A DNA stretch of 64,000 nucleotides from Macrostomum lignano (taxonomy: Eukaryota). Under the pieces are notes generated by a model. The model was not told the DNA's origin. It saw only the letters and a list, made by a program, of their open reading frames with translations, and did no database searches. The stretch is from NCBI GenBank assembly GCA_002269645.1, contig NIVC01002081.1, positions 124,001 through 188,000 on the forward strand, written 5' to 3'. Positions 61,159 to 64,000 of this stretch are shown in pieces. The number at the start of each line of letters is the position of its first letter. Position 1 is the first letter of the stretch. Both the position numbers and the translations under genes were made by a program.

Positions 61159-62574
61159 ACCCAGCACCCCAATCCAACCCACTACCCCACTCTAAACCAC
61201 CACCCCACCAAAACTCACCACCCCATTCCTATCCATTAACAGTTTATTCCTAATTTTAAATCTTCCTGTGCTCATTTTTCACTGTAATCTTTCGGCCTTA
61301 ACAGTCCACAGTCTACTGTGTAACTCTTACACAATAAGCCAATACAAGTACCAATGAAATTTAATTAAAGTGTAATGTGTACTTGTATATGATACTTAAT
61401 GCTAATACTGTATATGCATAGGTAATATTTGCCTAGGATATTTTCACAGGCATTTTGTGTGACTTGCTCCTGCGTGTACCTTTACCTAAGCTGCCTAAAT
61501 TTGTGTTTTTGCTCTCTTATCTAATATATATACATAAACATATCAGAAGCACAGATATCCTGAATAAGTCAATACTACATATTTAACGTACGATTCACAC
61601 CTCAATTCCACAGCATCATTGATTTTTTGTGGCCAATTGTTTTCTGATTTTAACAAATGCCCAGTCAACTATTCGCTCTGCATTGCGCTGAAATTTAAAT
61701 TGATTGTTCCGTAATTGAACTCTTAGTAATAAATTTATTTAATATCCCAAATGTTCTACTTAAATTCGTATTGAATAGTAGTGCAATGCGCACATTGAAA
61801 GTAATTTATAAACAATTGTAACAAAACAACATCTGGAAATTGAATTGCAATTCAACTGCCTCGCCAAGTTGAAGCGATTAACTACGAGTAGAATATTTTG
61901 AAAGATTACTAATCGATAATATCGATATATTCGCACAATTGATTGTCGCGTCTTTCATCTTGTTGGCAACTCAATATTCTCTCCGCTTCGATTGCTTGCT
62001 TCCTTCCTTCCTTCCTGTCTTGCTGCCCTCTTCAAATGCGCGTGCTACACTCTACTATTCAAGTTAGTAGTAAGATAGGTAAACTTGTTCTTTTTCGTTT
62101 ATTGTATCAATTTTGTTTTTAAGTTCCCGCCATTGCTTAATATGCTGTTGCTATTTAATATTGTTTATACATGAATACGTATGAGTATAAATATAATTAT
62201 ATATATTGTTGGCATTAACTTCAGTCTGGTTATTTATCAATTGATTTTTTGTTTAACTGTTCGCCTCAATTTCTTGTAGGCCATGTCTTATAGAGCAAAT
62301 TATCCTATAGCTTCAGAGTTTGAACTGCAAAATTGAAAATTTCAATTGCATCATTCATTACCTATCTGTGTGCAGTGTTTTTTTCCAGTTGGTTAATTAC
62401 TTTCTACGAATGAGCTACGCGTATCTTTCAATTTGTAAACTCTACTCGATTTGAAGCTCCAGAAAATGGACAAAATTTTATGCGCAGATGAGGCCAATTA
62501 GGAGAGCTGCTTTCATGGTAATTGCTGGAACAGAGCGCAACTGTGCATTGTTCTCCGACTCTGCTGAGCCACAC

Positions 62575-63165
62575 AGAATATCGCCACTAATCCACCCTGA
62601 GAATTGCCCCTAATCCACCCTGAGAATTGCCCCTAATCCACCCTGAGAATTGCCCCTAATCCACCCTGAGAATTGCCCCTAATCCACCCTGAGAATTGCC
62701 CCTAATCCACCCTGAGAATCGCCCCTAATCCACCCTGAGAATCGCCCCTAATCCACCCTGAGAATCGCCACTAATCCACCTTGAAGATCGCCCCTAATCC
62801 ATCCTGAGAATCGCCCCTAATCCACCCTGAGAATCGCCACTAATCCACCTTGAAAAGCGCCCTAATCCATCCTAAGAATCGCCCCTAATCCACCTTAAAA
62901 ATCGCCACTAAACCACCTGAGAATCGCCACCAAAATAGCCTGAGGATCGCCCCTAATCCACACTGAGGATCGCCCCTAATCCACTCTGAGAATCGCCCCT
63001 AATCCACACTGAGAATCGCCCCTAATCCACACTGAGAATCGTCACTAATCTATCTTGAGATTCGTCCCGAATCCACCTTGAGAATCGCCACTAATCCACC
63101 TTCGAATCGCCCCTATCCATCCACCCTGAGAATCGCCCCTAACCCACCCTGAGAATTGCATCTAA
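62575..63165 (+). repeat. 23-bp minisatellite (AATCGCCCCTAATCCACCCTGAG)
   Basis: About 25 units; similar to the 52920 array. Confidence 0.92.
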
Positions 63166-63589
63166 GCTACCATGATAATCGCCCTTAAACCAAAGCTGAA
63201 TAGAGAAGTAATTTACCATGGGAAATCGAGTGCTATCGTAAAAAGTTGATTTTTAAATGCGCAGGCCATTCTCAATTTAATTATTTACAGAAGTGGAAAG
63301 CAGCCGCCTCATCTGGCCAATTTACTGGTGCAATTAATACAACTTTTCTACGCAAAAAATTCCACAAATTACTTTCTTCGTAGCTAATTTTCTTTCCTAC
63401 AAAAGATGAGAATGCGGTGGTCGATGGATCGTGAGACTAAAAAAGTATATATTGCAGGTATCGGTGTAGAAAATTTAGATAAACATCATTGCTTAAAGAA
63501 AACCAGCGTTGCTTCTGTACAATCATTTTCGCCGTTCATTTGACTATTAACTGTAAGTTTGTTTTGTATTTGGCATCTTGGCGTATTGC

Positions 63590-63835
63590 ACACGTCTGAC
63601 ACAAATACGATTGCTGACACACCTGTCTGACGACACACAGAGAGACTATCTTTGATTGCTGACACACCTGTCTGACATAGAGAGACGATCTCTCTGATTG
63701 CTGACACACCTGTCTGACATAGAGAGACCATCTCTCTGATTGCTGACACACCTGTCTGACATAGAGAGACGATTTCTGATTGCTGACACCTGTTGACTCA
63801 CCTGCTGCACAGAGACGATCTCTGATTGCTGACAC
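63590..63835 (+). repeat. Degenerate ~40-bp tandem repeat (TGATTGCTGACACACCTGTCTGACATAGAGAGACGATCTCTC)
   Basis: About 6 units. Confidence 0.8.
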
Positions 63836-63879
63836 ACAGAGGCAGTCTAATTAGTGACACAGGTTTCTAACATCCTCAG

Positions 63880-64000
63880 CCCAGACAGGTCATGTCGGAG
63901 CTGACACTCCGTTCGAATGTGTTCTGCCTGCCGCCGTTCGCTAACAAGCCAGCTGCGGCCTCATCAAGCCAGGCAGCTGAGGCCTACAAACCCCTGCTGT
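63880..64000 (+). CDS. Possible exon of the next gene, running off the window
   Basis: CTAAC...CCTCAG acceptor followed by an open frame PRQVMSELTLRSNVFCLPPFANKPAAASSSQAAEAYKPLL. No homology recognised. Confidence 0.3.

Overview
Eukaryotic, intron-rich and very repeat-rich DNA. The (GACA)n tracts, many private minisatellites and GT-AG introns resemble a free-living flatworm such as Macrostomum; this organism assignment is inference only. The left third (3-18.6 kb) is a cluster of three secreted insulin/relaxin-like peptide (ILP) genes. Two have identical-looking 126-aa ORFs (11118-11498 and 16081-16461) and arose from a ~5-kb tandem duplication with a TATAAA microhomology junction. Their A chain has non-canonical spacing (CC-X3-C-X5-C). 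The third (3693-3999) is a divergent, frameshifted paralogue that has lost exactly the two Cys of the intra-A-chain disulfide and the C-peptide. Also present are a full-length but nonsense-disrupted Ty3/Gypsy (Mag-like) element inserted in a minisatellite, a 5'-truncated RNase-H LINE, P-like MITEs, and a 38-bp perfect palindrome with an 8-bp TSD that looks like a P-type excision footprint. From 24.4 to 59.6 kb lies a ~24-exon, ~1900-aa RhoGEF2/LARG-like gene (PDZ, RGS-like, C1, DH, PH). Its DH domain has lost conserved catalytic motifs, making it a candidate pseudo-GEF. Almost every intron of this gene carries its own minisatellite. All gene models were built by hand from splice-site and phase logic and have not been checked against transcripts.
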